A program made the position numbers and the translations under genes. Under the pieces are notes generated by a model. The model was given only the letters and a program-made list of their open reading frames with translations, was not told the origin of the DNA and did no database searches. From the IMG/VR virus record IMGVR_UViG_3300031555_004710, positions 160,001-224,000 of that record: DNA of 64,000 nt; one strand, 5' to 3'. The DNA comes from a virus (Duplodnaviria; Caudoviricetes). Below are positions 62,165-64,000 of the stretch, piece after piece; position 1 is the stretch's first letter; each line of letters opens with the position of its first letter.

Positions 62165-64000
62165 ATGAGTAATACAGAATTTTCATATTTAAAAGATTGG
62201 AAAGAGAAAATGACTCATATTGTAAGATTGCAATATGATGAGAATCAAATCTCTGATAAGAAATTAAATAAGTTTCTGGATAAAAAGATTGAGGAAGAAC
62301 TAACGAATCATAAAGTTCTATTAGTAAATAATTATACTAATAAAGTGTCTAGAATGACAATATTAGATATGATTGATTTAATTCGTAATAATCGTCTTAT
62401 ATGTGCTGGTGGAGGGTGTTTATTCTTACCACATAATACAAAACGAAATATTCTTATTGAATTTATTATGTATATTATGCAAGGGCGTAAAGATGCGAAA
62501 AATGAACGTAAGAATTATGATAAGGGAACTGATGAGTGGGATGAAGCTGATAGAAAACAGTTGGCTTTTAAATTAATAATAAACTCCCTATACGGTTGCA
62601 TGGGATATCCTGGATTCATTATGTTTAATATATTCCTTGCAGAAGCAATTACTAATCAAGGAAGACATATTATTACAAGTGCTATTAATGCAATTGAAAA
62701 CTTTCTTGGAGATTCGATGTGGTTTGAAAATGAGTCTGAAGTATTTCATGTAATATCAAATATTGATAAAGAATTTTATGCTAAGACAAAAGGTCATCTT
62801 AGTAAAGAAGCTTTAGATAGATTTGACATTGATTTTGATAGACTTCCACAAATGGTTACTGAAAGATTTATAAAACATTGCATATTCCAATATAGCCCAG
62901 AGTTTCCTAAAACACTATATGGAATATTTAGTAAAATGAGTACAGATGAGTTGCTACTCATGTACTATAAAAATAATATGATGGAGTTTAGTAGACTTCC
63001 ATTTATGAAAGATAAAATCAAAGCATTAATATTAGCAAATGGAAAATTAATATTCTGTGAGGATTATAATTATGCTAATGACACATGTTTAGAAATGTTA
63101 AATGATATTTGGAGTTTCTATGAATTCTTTGTATTGTATGATTATCCAATATTTGATAGAATTCAAAAAGCAATGTATCTTGATAAAAATAGAAGCTTAT
63201 ATACAGATACAGACTCAGTATTCGTATCATTAAATGAAGTGGTTAAATTCATAGAAAACGAAGTATTCTCTTCGCCAGAAGAAGCTGGAATGGGTGCACA
63301 GGATTTAACATTTACTGCAGCAAACTTCACATTATCTATAGCAAATAGAATGATTGATAGAGCATTAAAGACTCTATGTAAATCTCTAAATATTACTCCG
63401 GAATATGCGAAGCTTCTTAATATGAAAAATGAATTCTTCTTCCAGAGAATAATGTTCCAAGATGTAAAGAAACGTTATATATCATTAGCACTACTTCAGG
63501 AAGGGCAGGTACTTGGTGATGGTAAAGGTTTACCAGAAATTAAAGGATTTGATTTTAAGAAAGCTGGAACTAAACCATTCGTAAATAAATATTATACTGA
63601 TTTATGTCTTGAAGAAATTTTATATCCTGAGGAAATTAAACCTCAAAGAATATTTAAAAGAGTTCTTGATTTAAAGAGACTTATGGAAGATACTATTAAA
63701 GATGGAAACATGGAATTCTTTAAGCAGGCAAATGTAAAGAGACCAGAATATTATAAGAATCCTTATAGTACTCAGGGAGTGTGTGCAATTATGCTATGGA
63801 ATACATTATGTCCTGATAAGGCATTAGAATTTCCAACTGATGTTAACATAGTTCCTATTAAAGAGTTAACTTATCCAAAACCACCAAAGAATAGTCCTAA
63901 TAGTCCGGTTAATAGAATGGTAAATAAAATGCCAACTGACTATAAAAATATTGCTTGGTATGAAGAAAAGCATCCTGAGGCTTATCGAAGATTATTTAAA
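62165..64000 (+). CDS. family B DNA polymerase, C-terminal half (motifs B and C), 3'-partial; absent from the ORF track
   Basis: ATG at 62165 after GAGGTG; QLAFKLIINSLYG (motif B), YTDTDS (motif C), KKRY..KGFD; early promoter at 62140. Confidence 0.9.
   Translation, partial: MSNTEFSYLKDWKEKMTHIVRLQYDENQISDKKLNKFLDKKIEEELTNHKVLLVNNYTNKVSRMTILDMIDLIRNNRLICAGGGCLFLPHNTKRNILIEFIMYIMQGRKDAKNERKNYDKGTDEWDEADRKQLAFKLIINSLYGCMGYPGFIMFNIFLAEAITNQGRHIITSAINAIENFLGDSMWFENESEVFHVISNIDKEFYAKTKGHLSKEALDRFDIDFDRLPQMVTERFIKHCIFQYSPEFPKTLYGIFSKMSTDELLLMYYKNNMMEFSRLPFMKDKIKALILANGKLIFCEDYNYANDTCLEMLNDIWSFYEFFVLYDYPIFDRIQKAMYLDKNRSLYTDTDSVFVSLNEVVKFIENEVFSSPEEAGMGAQDLTFTAANFTLSIANRMIDRALKTLCKSLNITPEYAKLLNMKNEFFFQRIMFQDVKKRYISLALLQEGQVLGDGKGLPEIKGFDFKKAGTKPFVNKYYTDLCLEEILYPEEIKPQRIFKRVLDLKRLMEDTIKDGNMEFFKQANVKRPEYYKNPYSTQGVCAIMLWNTLCPDKALEFPTDVNIVPIKELTYPKPPKNSPNSPVNRMVNKMPTDYKNIAWYEEKHPEAYRRLFK

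Noticed and set aside
1-64000. Alternative genetic code (stop-codon reassignment)
   Set aside because: Core genes are full length in code 11; TAA, TAG and TGA all end genes; no suppressor tRNA
1-64000. Phage nucleus shell (chimallin) or PhuZ tubulin
   Set aside because: No recognisable motifs in this window; cannot be excluded elsewhere in the genome

Overview
A low-GC, lytic jumbo-phage segment of the phiKZ/AR9(PBS1)-related type. The host is most likely a Firmicute (Clostridia-like), judged from the Shine-Dalgarno sequences and accessory genes. The window encodes four subunits of the non-virion multisubunit RNA polymerase: beta N-part, beta' C-part, a sigma-like AR9 gp226/phiKZ gp68-type subunit, and a beta' N-part whose NADFDGD motif is interrupted by a 327-nt ORF-less group I intron. 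It also encodes a full-length virion-type beta', a family-B DNA polymerase split into two genes about 46 kb apart, primase, a 5'-3' exonuclease, a dTMP-kinase-family enzyme, virion proteins (three carrying beta-propeller repeat blocks), two membrane-anchored peptidoglycan hydrolases, tRNA-Pro and tRNA-Gln. Two promoter classes can be read from the DNA: TATATTAT-N5-TG (early type) and AACA-N6-TA (AR9 late type). The most interesting unexplained elements are two ORF-less, highly structured transcription units with their own early promoters (about 990 nt at 59534-60522 and about 365 nt at 42462-42825), a late-promoter small RNA carrying an anti-SD/anti-AUG segment, six 18-bp inverted-repeat sites at gene junctions of an accessory gene array, and a pair of catalytically degenerate Doc/Fic-like proteins. 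All family calls come from motifs recognised by eye; no database search was run.
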